A stretch of DNA of 63,470 nucleotides, counting the filler, from Intoshia linei (lineage: Eukaryota; Animalia; Orthonectida): assembly GCA_001642005.1 (NCBI GenBank). It is 8 parts of 8 records of this genome, joined end to end, with 100 filler letters (N's around TTAATTAATTAA, not from the genome) between each part and the next. Parts side by side here need not be neighbours in the genome. Positions count along the whole stretch, not along the records: positions 60,621 to 63,470 come from LWCA01002198.1; 7 more parts are not named here. One strand, written 5' to 3'. A program made the position numbers and the translations under genes. Under the pieces are notes generated by a model. The model was not told where the DNA came from and ran no database searches. It worked only from the letters and a program-made list of their open reading frames with translations. Of this stretch, positions 62,887 to 63,470 are shown piece by piece. The number at the start of each line of letters is the position of its first letter. The stretch's first letter is position 1.

Positions 62887-63470
62887 CAAAAATTTGTAGC
62901 AATAAACTCTATTTAATGCGTTTAGTATCTGAATTGTACCTTGGAAATTTCAATTAAATTTTTCAGTTTACAAAGTTGTACTATGTTTTGCAGTCAAATT
63001 ATTTATTTTGCTACAATTTTCATTATTCGTTAAATTAATCAATTCTTTGGATTTTTTCTTGGCCGATGCGCTGGAGCAAAAGATAATAGTGATGCTGCGC
63101 GAGAATGATCTATAGATCTTTATATTCTAATTTCGCATATCGGTGTAAAAGATAAATATATTTTTTCATACAATATATAAATGTGGTCGCCATGCTTTCA
63201 AAACCCTAAAAGTGTCAGGTTTTTTTGGTGATTCTTAAACTATTCAATTTTCTTATTTCTTAATGTACATGTATTTGTATATATCGTCAAAATCAAAAAG
63301 GTTACTAATTTTATAAAATTTGTCGTTTTCATATGGAATTGCTCCTATATAAGCATTGCGTATACTACACTAGACAACACTGAAAAATACATCTGCATAA
63401 AAATAATACCATCTTTTGGATAATCTAGCGCTGATTTTAATGATATAATATATTTATAAGTTTTAGTTCA

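Noticed and set aside
63040-63200. Relatively GC-rich patch upstream of CCT1, considered as an ncRNA
   Set aside because: No recognisable RNA motif. It may be the last exon of a minus-strand gene (DHSRAASLLSFAPAHRPRKNPKN*), but I cannot identify it.

Overview
Very AT-rich animal genomic scaffold with short GT-AG introns and eight N gaps carrying an artificial TTAATTAATTAA spacer. The style suggests a compact-genome invertebrate, possibly an orthonectid such as Intoshia; that is inference only. Recognisable genes are a divergent eIF2B delta-like gene, mitochondrial GPD2 (5' part), ATP synthase gamma (5' part), TRMT61A, a DHHC palmitoyltransferase, a natriuretic-peptide-receptor-type guanylate cyclase (extracellular exons) with an ERV1/ALR gene nested in one intron, a solitary 5S rRNA, RING1/RNF2, an NPY-family GPCR, CFAP43 (3' part), an EGF-repeat membrane protein and CCT1. 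Many DNA-transposon remnants and MITEs are interspersed. The main finding is in 15664-27595, which has almost no ORFs. A signal-peptide exon is followed by about 40 candidate micro-exons, nearly all 3 nt (four are 6 nt), each flanked by an AG acceptor and a GT donor. Joined in phase 1 they give a stop-free peptide, i.e. a secreted-protein gene with roughly one codon per exon. All gene models were read by eye and no searches were run.
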